Positions 18,871 to 30,353 of a stretch of 64,000 nt of DNA are shown here, one piece after another. Positions within the stretch are counted from its first letter, which is position 1, and each line of letters begins with the position of its first letter. The translations under genes were made by a program, and so were the position numbers. This DNA is from Nitrospirota bacterium (GTDB lineage: Bacteria > Nitrospirota > Nitrospiria > Nitrospirales > Nitrospiraceae). Where the stretch lies: positions 91,167 through 155,166 of the forward strand of contig CAVUHR010000023.1 in assembly GCA_963741245.1 (NCBI GenBank). Reading direction: 5' to 3'. The notes under the pieces are model-generated. The model was not told the origin of the DNA. It worked only from the letters and a program-made list of their open reading frames with translations, and made no database searches.

Positions 18871-20622
18871 TCACCTATCGCACTCCCCCATCACGACGTC
18901 GTAGGTCCCGAAGATCGTAATGATGTCGGAAATCAGGTAGCCTCGCGCCATGTGGTCGAAGGCGCCCATGTGTACAAATGAAGGCGAGCGAATTTTCAGT
19001 CGGTAAGGACGGGCGCTGCCGTCGCTGACGATGAAAAATCCCAATTCCCCTTTTGGGGCTTCGGTTGCACAGTAGGTCTCGGCCTTCGGTGGCTTGATGC
19101 CTTGTGTGTAAATGATGAAATGATGGATCAAGCTTTCCATGTCCCGCATGACCAGCTCCTTGGGCGGCGGGATATATTGCGGCGCCTCGGCCATGGTCGG
19201 CCCCGGCGGCAGCTGATCGAGACATTGTGCGATGATCCTGGCGCTCTGCCGCATTTCTTCCATGCGGATCCAGTACCGGTCGTAGGTATCGCCGTTCTTG
19301 CCGATCGGCACTTCCCAATCGACTTTGTCGTACACACCGTAGGGCTCGGCCTTGCGGACATCGTAGGCGACGCCCGACCCGCGCAAGACCGGCCCGGTGC
19401 AGCCGAAGTTGATCGCGTCCTCGGCCGAGAGCACGGCCACGCTCTTCGTGCGACCGAGCCAGATGCGATTCGACGCGATGAGCGAATCGTATTCCTTGAC
19501 CTTCTCGGGAAAGGTATCGAGGAACGCCTTCATCCGTTGGACCAGCTCGGGAGTGAAATCGCTATCGACACCGCCGATGCGATAGTAGTTCAGGGTCAGA
19601 CGGGCCCCGCAGAGCTTTTCGAACATGTCCAATAGTATTTCGCGCTCCCGGAATGTCCAGAAGAACACGGTCATGGCGCCAATATCGAGGGCCTGCGTGC
19701 CGAGCCAAAAGAGGTGCCCAATGATGCGTTGCATCTCGGCCACGATGGTCCGGATGTATTCGGCTCGGACCGGCACCGTGATCTCGAGGAGTTTTTCCAC
19801 GGCACGCACGTACGCGTAGTTGTTGGACATGGCACAGACATAGTCGAGCCGGTCCGTGTGCGGGATGATCTGCATGTAGGTCAGCCCCTCGGACAATTTT
19901 TCGACGCCTCGATGGAGGTAGCCGAGGTCCGGTGTGGCCTTCACAATCCGTTCGCCGTCCAACACGAGCACGACACGCAACACTCCGTGGGTGCTCGGAT
20001 GTTGTGGCCCCATGTTCAGCAGCAATTCCTCTTTCCGTCGGGAGCCGGGTACGCTAGGTTCGGCGCGAAAGGCGTTTTTCTGCTCCTCGGAGATTTCGCT
20101 CTCAGTGACGTCGAGCGGGGGCTCGTCCAATCTCGGGATGAAGTCGAACTGGCTGCGCCAGCCACGCCCTTCGGTCGGAAAGTCTTTTCGCAACGGGTAT
20201 CCCTCGGTATAATCCTCCGGCAACAAAATGCGCCGGAGATCGGGATGGCCGGAAAAGTGAATGCCCATCATGTCGTACACTTCGCGTTCCAGGAAGTCGG
20301 CTCCCTTCCAGATGCCGGTGACCGACGCGATCATCGGATCGTCCTCGGTGATGCGCGCCTTGAGGCGAAGACGTTGCTGAAGGGGGAGCGAGTGCAAGTG
20401 GTAGACAACTTCGAACCGCAGCTGATCTTCGGGATAGTCGACCGAGCAGATATCGGTGAGATGGTCAAAGGCTGCCTCCGGCGCATCGTGCAAATAGCGC
20501 GCAATATCCAGCAGGCGCGCGGCGGCCACACGCGCGGACAGCTCCCCGCGATCCTTGTCCTCGTGGATCGACAGGACCGCGTCGGGGAATTGGGCCTTGA
20601 GTGTTTCGAGAAGTGAATGCAT
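18871..20622 (-). CDS. nuoCD: Fused NADH-quinone oxidoreductase subunit C/D
   Basis: 583 aa. The N-terminal ~170 aa is NuoC-like (ADFLEREVYDMMGIHFSGHPD). After a linker comes NuoD (LNMGPQHPSTHGVLRVVL...). Single ORF. Confidence 0.9.
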   Translation of the reverse strand: MHSLLETLKAQFPDAVLSIHEDKDRGELSARVAAARLLDIARYLHDAPEAAFDHLTDICSVDYPEDQLRFEVVYHLHSLPLQQRLRLKARITEDDPMIASVTGIWKGADFLEREVYDMMGIHFSGHPDLRRILLPEDYTEGYPLRKDFPTEGRGWRSQFDFIPRLDEPPLDVTESEISEEQKNAFRAEPSVPGSRRKEELLLNMGPQHPSTHGVLRVVLVLDGERIVKATPDLGYLHRGVEKLSEGLTYMQIIPHTDRLDYVCAMSNNYAYVRAVEKLLEITVPVRAEYIRTIVAEMQRIIGHLFWLGTQALDIGAMTVFFWTFREREILLDMFEKLCGARLTLNYYRIGGVDSDFTPELVQRMKAFLDTFPEKVKEYDSLIASNRIWLGRTKSVAVLSAEDAINFGCTGPVLRGSGVAYDVRKAEPYGVYDKVDWEVPIGKNGDTYDRYWIRMEEMRQSARIIAQCLDQLPPGPTMAEAPQYIPPPKELVMRDMESLIHHFIIYTQGIKPPKAETYCATEAPKGELGFFIVSDGSARPYRLKIRSPSFVHMGAFDHMARGYLISDIITIFGTYDVVMGECDR

Positions 20623-20713
20623 GGTTAATGGTCGATGGTTATGGTTAATGGTCGATGGTTAAATGGTCAGTAGCGCTGGTCTCTTCATCAACCATTGACC
20701 ATCAGCCATCATT
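20623..20713. repeat. Repeat hairpin with a 20-nt tandem duplication
   Basis: GGTTAATGGTCGATGGTTAT / GGTTAATGGTCGATGGTTAA, then ATGGTCAG ... CATCAACCATTGACCATCAGCCATCA. Fills the nuoB-nuoCD spacer. Confidence 0.8.
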
Positions 20714-21188
20714 TTACAAAGACCTTTTCCCGCTGAATCTTTTCCTGTAACTTCAGCAATCCATCGAGCAACGCTTCCGGACGCGGCGGACAGCCCGGCA
20801 CATAGACATCGACCGGAATAATCTGGTCGACGCCTTGGACCACCGCGTAACTATTGTAGTGGTTGCCTGAGGTGGCGCAGGAGCCCATAGAAATGACATA
20901 CCGCGGTTCCGGCATCTGGTCGTAGATGCGGCGGATCACCGGCGCCATCTTGCGCGCCACAGTGCCGGCGATGATCATGAGATCGGCCTGCCGTGGCGAG
21001 GCTCGAAAGACCCCGGCGCCGAAACGATCCATGTCGTACCGCGATGCCACAGTCGCAATCATTTCGATGGCGCAGCAGGCCAGGCCGAACGTCATCGGCC
21101 ACAAAGCCGACTTCCGGGACCAATTCACGACCGCGTCCAGATTGGTCGTCAGAATATTCGCCTCAAATTGTCTCTCCAAAAAGCTCAT
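20709..21188 (-). CDS. nuoB: NADH-quinone oxidoreductase subunit B
   Basis: [10 protein letters not shown] and GSCATSGN...[12 protein letters not shown] 21188 (MSFLERQF) has GGAG 9 nt upstream. The longer ORF (to 21266) would run through the repeat. Confidence 0.9.
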   Translation of the reverse strand: MSFLERQFEANILTTNLDAVVNWSRKSALWPMTFGLACCAIEMIATVASRYDMDRFGAGVFRASPRQADLMIIAGTVARKMAPVIRRIYDQMPEPRYVISMGSCATSGNHYNSYAVVQGVDQIIPVDVYVPGCPPRPEALLDGLLKLQEKIQREKVFVK

Positions 21189-21202
21189 GTCGCTTCGCTC
21201 CA

Positions 21203-21280
21203 GTTCTGAGTGCTGAGTTCTGAGTCCTGAGTTATGAGTTGCGTCTGGAAACTCAGCACACAGCACTTAGCACTCATCAC
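21203..21280. repeat. Heptamer-array hairpin, (GAGTNCT)n
   Basis: GTTCTGA GTGCTGA GTTCTGA GTCCTGA GTTATGA ... ACTCAGC ACACAGC ACTTAGC ACTCATC. Fills the nuoA-nuoB spacer. Confidence 0.85.
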
Positions 21281-21297
21281 TGCATGTCTTCGGCGCG

Positions 21298-21669
21298 CTA
21301 GTCCCATTCGAGAGCCCCCTTCTTCCAGGCGTACCAGAATCCGACCAGCAGGATGCTGATAAACACGAGCATTTCGATGAGTCCCAGTAGGCCGAGCGAC
21401 TGAAATCGGACGGCCCAGGGGATCATAAAAATGATCTCGATATCGAAAATGACGAACAGCATCGCGATGATGTAGTAGCGCATCGGGAACTGGATGCGCG
21501 CATCGGAAAACAGCGGGCTTCCGCTTTCATAGGGGGCCAGCTTGGCTCGATAGGGACGACTCGGCCGAACGAGCGAGCCGGCGAGCAGCGCGAAGGCGCC
21601 GAAGGCAACACCAACGCCGATGAACAGCAGGATCGGCAGATAATTCAGCGGAATCGATTCGTTACCCAT
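21298..21669 (-). CDS. nuoA: NADH-quinone oxidoreductase subunit A
   Basis: 123 aa, 3 TM helices, YESGSPLFSDARIQFPMRYYIIAMLFVIFDIE. Confidence 0.95.
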   Translation of the reverse strand: MGNESIPLNYLPILLFIGVGVAFGAFALLAGSLVRPSRPYRAKLAPYESGSPLFSDARIQFPMRYYIIAMLFVIFDIEIIFMIPWAVRFQSLGLLGLIEMLVFISILLVGFWYAWKKGALEWD

Positions 21670-21678
21670 ACAGGCCCC

Positions 21679-21783
21679 GTGAAACGTGAAGCGTTAAGCG
21701 CATGAACGTCAATGGAACTGGTCAATTGTTATTGGAGAAGGCTGATGGTCTCCCGATTGACCAATGACTGTTGACCATGGACC
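21679..21783. repeat. Composite heptamer-array hairpin (GTGAANC then GGTCAAT types)
   Basis: GTGAAAC GTGAAGC GTTAAGC ... GTCAATT GTTATTG ... ATTGACC AATGACT GTTGACC ATGGACC. The right arm lies inside the C-terminal codons of the MidA-like gene. Confidence 0.7.
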
Positions 21784-22958
21784 CTGTTTGCTGACAGCGC
21801 CGAGCCGAAGAAGGGTTTGAATTTCAAACCGTCCAGTTCCGGACGACCGATTCCCTTGTGCTGAACGAGCACCTTAAACGTACTGCCCATACCATCGGGT
21901 TTCAGGAGGTGGATCGCGGCGCGAAACTCCGGGCTCTCCGGCTCCAATTCCCCGATCATCTCTTCAACGCCGAGCCCCATCAGAAAACTCATTTGGTTCG
22001 TGAACCCCGTCACGTGGAGTCCCTGCTTCTCACCCACAGAAGCCAGGCTCGAAAAATCCACGTGGGCGGTCATATCCTGCTCGCCGACGCGAATGAATGG
22101 ATCTTCGTTCGTCTGCTGCTGGAAGTAGCAGAGGAACGTGCCGTCCTTCCGCTCGGGCCCATAGAGATCCTGCGCCGTATGGCCGTAATCGATCGTCAAG
22201 ACAAACCCACGATCCATCCGCCGAGCGACTTGCTCCATCCAATCCAAAGCTTGGAGATTCACCTCGGTTCGGTAGCCCTCCGGCCACGTGGTATTGAGTT
22301 GCTGTAAATATTGAGCAAGCGCGGCCGTCGACAGGGGCTTGAGGCAATCCACAAAGCGTCCGTCCCGATAGTCTACATAGAGTTCTTCGGTCCGTTCGGC
22401 CGTGACTTGAATTCGGTGCACCGGAAATGCATCGATCAGCTCATTGCTGAAGAACAGACCGGTCACGCTCTGCGGGGCCAGCCCATCAAGGCCTTCCACC
22501 CAGGTGACAAGGCCCGGCTTGCTGAGCCATGGAGCCAGGTTCTGGCGCTGCAGTTCTCGCATGGCAGGGCTCCGTTCGATCAGGATATAGCGGACACGCG
22601 ATGCAAAGTCATCCTGCTTGGCATGAATCGCCGCCAGACAATCTCGGGCTAAAAATCCTTTGCCGGCACCCATTTCGACGATCGTGAAGGGAGTGGGGCG
22701 TTCCACTAATTCGTCCATTTGTCTGGCCTGCGCGGCAAGTGCGCAGCCGAGAATTGGGTACACATCGGAGCTGGTGTAGAAATCGCCGGACCAACCGATA
22801 CGTTCCTGGTCCGTACCGTCAGGTTGGCGCATGTAATAGCCGAATTGAGGGTGATAGAGCGCCAGTTCCATGAAGCGGACGAAGGGAATTGGTCCGTTTC
22901 TAGTGATCTCGGACGAAATAGCAGCGACGAGTTCAGGGTGCCCGGTTGTCACAAGCAA
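21729..22958 (-). CDS. SAM-dependent methyltransferase, MidA/NDUFAF7 (DUF185) family
   Basis: 409 aa. IPFVRFMELALYHPQFGYY...GDFYTSSDV...IVEMGAGKGFLARD is the characteristic MidA N-terminal block. Confidence 0.75.
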   Translation of the reverse strand: MLVTTGHPELVAAISSEITRNGPIPFVRFMELALYHPQFGYYMRQPDGTDQERIGWSGDFYTSSDVYPILGCALAAQARQMDELVERPTPFTIVEMGAGKGFLARDCLAAIHAKQDDFASRVRYILIERSPAMRELQRQNLAPWLSKPGLVTWVEGLDGLAPQSVTGLFFSNELIDAFPVHRIQVTAERTEELYVDYRDGRFVDCLKPLSTAALAQYLQQLNTTWPEGYRTEVNLQALDWMEQVARRMDRGFVLTIDYGHTAQDLYGPERKDGTFLCYFQQQTNEDPFIRVGEQDMTAHVDFSSLASVGEKQGLHVTGFTNQMSFLMGLGVEEMIGELEPESPEFRAAIHLLKPDGMGSTFKVLVQHKGIGRPELDGLKFKPFFGSALSANRVHGQQSLVNRETISLLQ

Positions 22959-23727
22959 CTCCTCTTATCCCATCGACAACACACGAAAAGTAACAGCAAC
23001 AGCCGAGGGTACACTCCACCCTTCCCTGTTAAAGGGCGAACGGAGGACCAAAAGTGGCGTAGATTAGCCTCGGGATTGCATCTAAGTCAAGGCGAAGAGT
23101 ATTGGAAACTCAGGCGAATCTCCCTTTTCGAGGGGGAGGAGGGCCAGGCAGCTGGCATGGTCTCTGTGCTCGCAGAGCCCCCACGATAAAACAGTGGTCG
23201 CTCGATGCGCGCAGTGGAGACCACACCAGCCGCCTTGCCGAATGTTGGTGAGGAGATAACCCTCGTTGGATGCGCGCAGTGGAAGATCAATCAGCCCCCA
23301 TCCCTGGAGAAAAACGAGCGAGCTTGGAAGGATCATTTTCATCAGCTGCTCATTTGGCCTTGGTTGCGCGAACAGCCGCGATCCTCTTGTTTTTACTTTC
23401 TCTCTTCGGCTCGGCTGGAAGGGATGTGGACTGAGACCTTTGGCTGTCTTCTCAGTCTCCATTATAGGTTCGCTCGTCCCGGGTTTGCGAATCGCAGAGG
23501 CTTGGTTTCGTAGTTCCCCCCCCACTTCCTTTCACGACGCTGAAACTTCTCGCGCACCTTGCCGGAGAAGCGGGGACCCACCGAGATTCTCCTGGGAAGG
23601 AAAGCTGGAACTGACCGAGGCACTGCGACACTTGTCGCAGCCGAGGGAATTCCAGAAGGTTTCCACACAGGAGAATCCGGAAGGGTCGCTTCAGAGGCGG
23701 GGGAGCGAGAGAGTCAGTGTCGTGTTT

Positions 23728-26448
<2,721 letters not shown>

Positions 26449-26542
26449 GGTACTGTCGCTCGGATCAAACGCCGATGCCTCCGAAAGTATTTGCGCAGTA
26501 TACAGTATCTTTTCTATGAATCCTATAACAAGCAGAGGCTCA

Positions 26543-26666
26543 GCAGGAAGCTGAAAAAGTCCGCCAGCATCGTTCTCGCATCGCTCAGAGGGCTCAACGT
26601 ACCGAAGCGTACGCCTCGCCTCTTTGCTCGCTGCGGCCTTGCTGACGACCTTTTTGAGCATCCTGC
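26543..26666. repeat. ~124-nt rod-like element with terminal inverted repeats (copy B)
   Basis: GCAGGAAGCTGAAAAAGTCCGCCAGC ... GCTGACGACCTTTTTGAGCATCCTGC. The interior (..CGTTCTC..CTCAACGTACC..GCGTACGCCTCG..TGCGGCCTT) is homologous to copy A. Confidence 0.75.
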
Positions 26667-26683
26667 GGGGTCGAGTAGGCGGC

Positions 26684-26713
26684 TTGACATGCTTAGTGTG
26701 CGTCCATTAGGAT
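26684..26713 (+). promoter_or_regulatory. Possible sigma70-type promoter
   Basis: TTGACA (26684-26689), 18 nt, TAGGAT (26708-26713), about 24 nt upstream of ATG 26737. Pattern match only. Confidence 0.25.
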
Positions 26714-26736
26714 TCGGGCGCGTTACACTCGGTTGA

Positions 26737-27048
26737 ATGCTGATGAACCACACAGTCCTCAAATTCGTGTCGATCCTCCTGGTGCTCTGTGTCCTTTCCG
26801 TCGGCGGATTGGCTCAGGCGCAGTCGGTCGAGCATGCAGGGCACCATGCCCATCATAACGCTGCCACGCATGGCACCGTACTCTGCTCCTGGATGTGTGC
26901 CGCCGGGGAGGTTCTCGATACGGCGGTGGTCACGATTCAGGCCGAACTCAGTCCTATTGCTCTCATCCCGCTCCACCATTTTGCGCAGCCCTCAGTCGAG
27001 CTGTGCCAGACTTCTTCCAGCCGCGCTCCTCCGTCTTTCTCTCTGTAG
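26737..27048 (+). CDS. Small secreted His/Cys protein, paralogue 1
   Basis: Signal/anchor, then HAGHHAHHNAATHGTVLCSWMCAAG, and ends ..SSRAPPSFSL. Confidence 0.7.
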   Translation: MLMNHTVLKFVSILLVLCVLSVGGLAQAQSVEHAGHHAHHNAATHGTVLCSWMCAAGEVLDTAVVTIQAELSPIALIPLHHFAQPSVELCQTSSSRAPPSFSL

Positions 27049-27164
27049 TCTCCGTTGCCCATCGGCTCGCAGCAGGGCCGTATTCCGTCTCTCATTCGAT
27101 CCACTGAGTGGGTTGGAGGATAGGCGGATAGGGACGATTCTTCTAGAGAGGAGGGACCAGCATC

Positions 27165-28295
27165 ATGATGGCAGAGAAACGGTTCACACTCTGGTTCATT
27201 CTCAGCCTTGCTCTCGTTCTCTTCTCGTGGCCCGGCGTCCAGCCCGCGCAGGCCTCGTGTGGGTCGGTCACCTGTTTTGTGGTGATCGGGTCGGCACAGC
27301 AGGTGTCGCCGGCGGGTCTGCTAACCGTAAACACCTTTTATAACTATACGCCTCAAGCGACGTTGCTGAGTGGCACGAACGGGGTTATTCCCGCGGTCGA
27401 TCTCGACAATCGAGATCTGATTCTTGGCCATCACCAGGAGATTAAAACAATTAGTCAGATGGTCACATTGGATTTGAACTACGGCGTCACCGATCGGTTC
27501 GGGATCGAAGTCGCGATCCCCTATAAGAAGATCTACCATCGGCACATAGATGGATTGGGAGAGGCCAATGGTGGCGCTGGTGAGGTCACCGAGTTCTCAG
27601 ATAACGGCATCGGTGACATCTTTATTAACGCGAAATACAACATGTTGCCCACGCTGAGCAGTATGGTTGTAATGGGCTTCGGCATGTACCTTCCCACTGG
27701 TGACCACGATCAGAAGACCGCGGGTCTCGAAGGCAGCGATGAGACGATGGAACCGACAGCCCAGCTTGGACGCGGTCAAGTCGGTCTTTCAGGATCGATC
27801 TATCAAACCTATGAAATCATTCCCCATCGGTTGAACCAATTTGCCTCTGCCAGTTACCGGCACACATTCCGCAATGGCTTTGACTATCAATTCGGCGATC
27901 AATACGATGTGGGACTCGGCGCGAATCTCGTCACAGTTCCCTGGCTTGTGCTGGCCAATCAGTTCAACTTCCGCTACATGGTTCACGATTCTTTTAAGGG
28001 GTCGCTGTCTCAATCACTGACTCCAAGCGATCCTGGGTTCCCCGACGAGGCAACCGTGATCGATCCGAACATCACGAACCGAGCGGTTCCCACAACCGGT
28101 TCAACCTACTTTGCCTATACACCTGGTGTCCAAATCAGTCTAGGTGAACTCATCAAGACTTCCCTGACTGAAAATGCGTCGTTGTATTTCTATTCCCAGA
28201 TCCCTGTATACCGTGATTTCAATGGGAATCTGGCTCAAGGTATAAGCTATGTGTTCGGCATCACGAAGTTGTTCCAAGTCATGAACCCGTCGTAA
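27165..28295 (+). CDS. Outer-membrane beta-barrel 'transporter' (MetA-pathway/phenol-degradation-like porin family)
   Basis: Signal peptide. The mature N-terminus starts ASCGSVTCFVVIGS. Alternating beta-strand pattern with an aromatic C-terminal strand (YVFGITKLF). Good RBS (GGAGGGA). Confidence 0.65.
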   Translation: MMAEKRFTLWFILSLALVLFSWPGVQPAQASCGSVTCFVVIGSAQQVSPAGLLTVNTFYNYTPQATLLSGTNGVIPAVDLDNRDLILGHHQEIKTISQMVTLDLNYGVTDRFGIEVAIPYKKIYHRHIDGLGEANGGAGEVTEFSDNGIGDIFINAKYNMLPTLSSMVVMGFGMYLPTGDHDQKTAGLEGSDETMEPTAQLGRGQVGLSGSIYQTYEIIPHRLNQFASASYRHTFRNGFDYQFGDQYDVGLGANLVTVPWLVLANQFNFRYMVHDSFKGSLSQSLTPSDPGFPDEATVIDPNITNRAVPTTGSTYFAYTPGVQISLGELIKTSLTENASLYFYSQIPVYRDFNGNLAQGISYVFGITKLFQVMNPS

Positions 28296-28326
28296 GAGCA
28301 GTGCTCCTTGTCATGAGGAAATTGCG

Positions 28327-28869
28327 ATGAAACGTCTACATGTTCTGATGGTCGGTATCCTCGTCGCCACCCTCGGGTTCCTGCCGTTCGATGGCTGGAG
28401 CATGGGCTCGCGAGTCCCGGCCGTTGGCATGCAGGCAGAGGATTTCAACCTGACCGATCTAGAGGGCAAATCACAGAGCCTCAGCCAGTATCGCGGCAAG
28501 ATCGTGCTCGTGAACTTCTGGGCCACCTGGTGCAAGCCCTGCACGACCGAAATGCCGGCCATGCAAAAGATTTATGACAAGCTGCGCGACAAAGGCTTCG
28601 TAGTGCTCGCGGTCAACGAATTGGAAGACGACGCCAAAGTGCGCGAGCACATCAAGCAGTACGGCCATACATTCCCGGTCCTGATGGATCGCGACAATAC
28701 AGTGGCCAATCAGTTCGGCGTGTTCGGATTACCCGTGAGCGTGTTCATCGACCAAGAGGGGCGCGTGCAGGAATACGTCAAGGGCGGGCTGCTGACCGAA
28801 GACAAGATTTATCAAACGATCCAGCGCATTCAAGGAAACAAGCCGATGCAGGCAGCATCGGCCCGGTAG
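28327..28869 (+). CDS. TlpA/ResA-like periplasmic thiol:disulfide oxidoreductase
   Basis: N-terminal anchor and thioredoxin fold with FWATWCKPC active site. Confidence 0.85.
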   Translation: MKRLHVLMVGILVATLGFLPFDGWSMGSRVPAVGMQAEDFNLTDLEGKSQSLSQYRGKIVLVNFWATWCKPCTTEMPAMQKIYDKLRDKGFVVLAVNELEDDAKVREHIKQYGHTFPVLMDRDNTVANQFGVFGLPVSVFIDQEGRVQEYVKGGLLTEDKIYQTIQRIQGNKPMQAASAR

Positions 28870-28875
28870 GATAGC

Positions 28876-29181
28876 GTGATTCGATTCAATCGACAGATCC
28901 TCGTTTTGCCATTGGTGGCCTGCCTGTTCTTGGTGCCTGCACTCGCCTCACCGGCGATGGTGGCCCATGGGGCGCGGCATACCCATCACAATGCGGCGAC
29001 CCACTCCTCCGCGCTCTGTTCGTGGCTCTGCGGAGCAGGACAGGGGTTCGAACTTACCGGTTCCGTCTACGTTCCGACCATTGCTTTTCTCGCAACCCTC
29101 GACATCGAGTCAGCCGACCTGGTTGACGATGCCGTCTCAGTTCTCCCCCTCTCTCGCGGTCCCCCTTCGATCTCAACGTAG
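28876..29181 (+). CDS. Small secreted His/Cys protein, paralogue 2
   Basis: GTG start. HGARHTHHNAATHSSALCSWLCGAG, and ends ..LSRGPPSIST. Confidence 0.65.
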   Translation: MIRFNRQILVLPLVACLFLVPALASPAMVAHGARHTHHNAATHSSALCSWLCGAGQGFELTGSVYVPTIAFLATLDIESADLVDDAVSVLPLSRGPPSIST

Positions 29182-29268
29182 CCTTCATCTGTCCCTTAAC
29201 AATCGCGTCTAGCGACGGTGGCTGGTCCCCGGCTTCCGTTGTCTGGTCAATAGAAAGATCGTCGAACC

Positions 29269-30340
29269 ATGACGCACAAACTGCGCTGGCGTTCTGTTCA
29301 ATTCCTTTGTGTTCTGGCAATGATCACCCCGATGGCGTGGCCGTCGTCCGTGAGCGCCTCCTGCGGCTCGGTCAGCTGCTTTGTGGTGATCGGTTCGCAA
29401 CAGCAGGTGCCGATGGCAGGTCTGCTGACCGTCAATGTCGATTTACAACTACACTCCCATGGAAGCGCCTCCGGGGCAAGGCGGCAATATCCCCTTTGCC
29501 GATCAGGGCAATCAAAAGTTGACGCTTGCGAGCTTGGACGTGAATCAAATCCAGACACTCAATCGAACCGCAACGTTGGACATGAACTACGGGTTGACCG
29601 AACGTTTGGGCTTCAGGTCACGCTGCCCTTTAAGCACGTGACCTCCGATGCCCAGATCGGAGGTCTCAATCCGGTTCCATACAGCGACAAAGGTATCGGC
29701 GATATGCGTGTTGCGCTGAAATACAACATGTTACCAACATTGCGGAGCATGGTGGTGCTGGGGTTCGGAGTCGATCTGCCGACCGGCGACTATAAGCAAG
29801 AGGTGGTGCCTGGGACGCTAGCCGAATCGACGCTGCAGGTTGGTCGAGGAAATTTCGGCCTCGTACCGACCATGTACCAAAGCTATGAGCTGATTCCGCA
29901 CCGCCTCAATCAGTTTGCGTTAGCCGGCTATCGGCACACGTTCAAGAACAGCGACGGGTATCAGTTCGGCGACGAAGTGAACCTCAGCGCGGGGTCTCAA
30001 TATCATCCCGCTTGAGCAAACACCGTGGTTTGTCCTGACGCAGCAACTCAATTATCGCTGGATGCAGAACGATGCGATGGACGCTTCGCTCTACCAGTTT
30101 AATCCGGCGACGGGGTCTTCGATCCTGCTCGATCCGACAGTCAAATTTCGTGCAGTGCCGACTACCGGATCAACCTACATCGCCTATTCTCCCGGCATCA
30201 TGCTGAACCTCTGGAATTTCGCCTCAGCGTATTTCATCGCGCAGATTCCCCTGTATCGCGATTTCAACGGCAACCTCGAACAGCAGATCAGTTATGTCTT
30301 CGGACTCTCCAAATCGTTCCAGTTGCTCGGTGGGTCGTAA
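29269..30340 (+). pseudogene. Second MetA-type porin paralogue, disrupted by at least 3 frameshifts
   Basis: Similarity to the 27165 porin jumps between frames. Frame X covers SASCGSVSCFVVIGSQQQV..LLTVN. Frame Y (29435-29615) covers SIYNYTP...LDMNYGLTERLGF. It returns to frame X for QVTLPFKHV...YRHTFKNSDGYQFGD. It shifts again near 29990 to LNIIPLEQTPWFVLTQQLNYRWMQND, reaching the 30062-30340 ORF. Confidence 0.75.
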
Positions 30341-30353
30341 AGGCAAGGGGTAG

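Noticed and set aside
23204-23283. Possible CRISPR-like spaced repeats (GATGCGCGCAGTGGA), here and at 44128-44306.
   Set aside because: There are only two copies per locus. The repeats are short (~15-22 nt) with irregular spacing (65 and ~160 nt). No cas genes are present.
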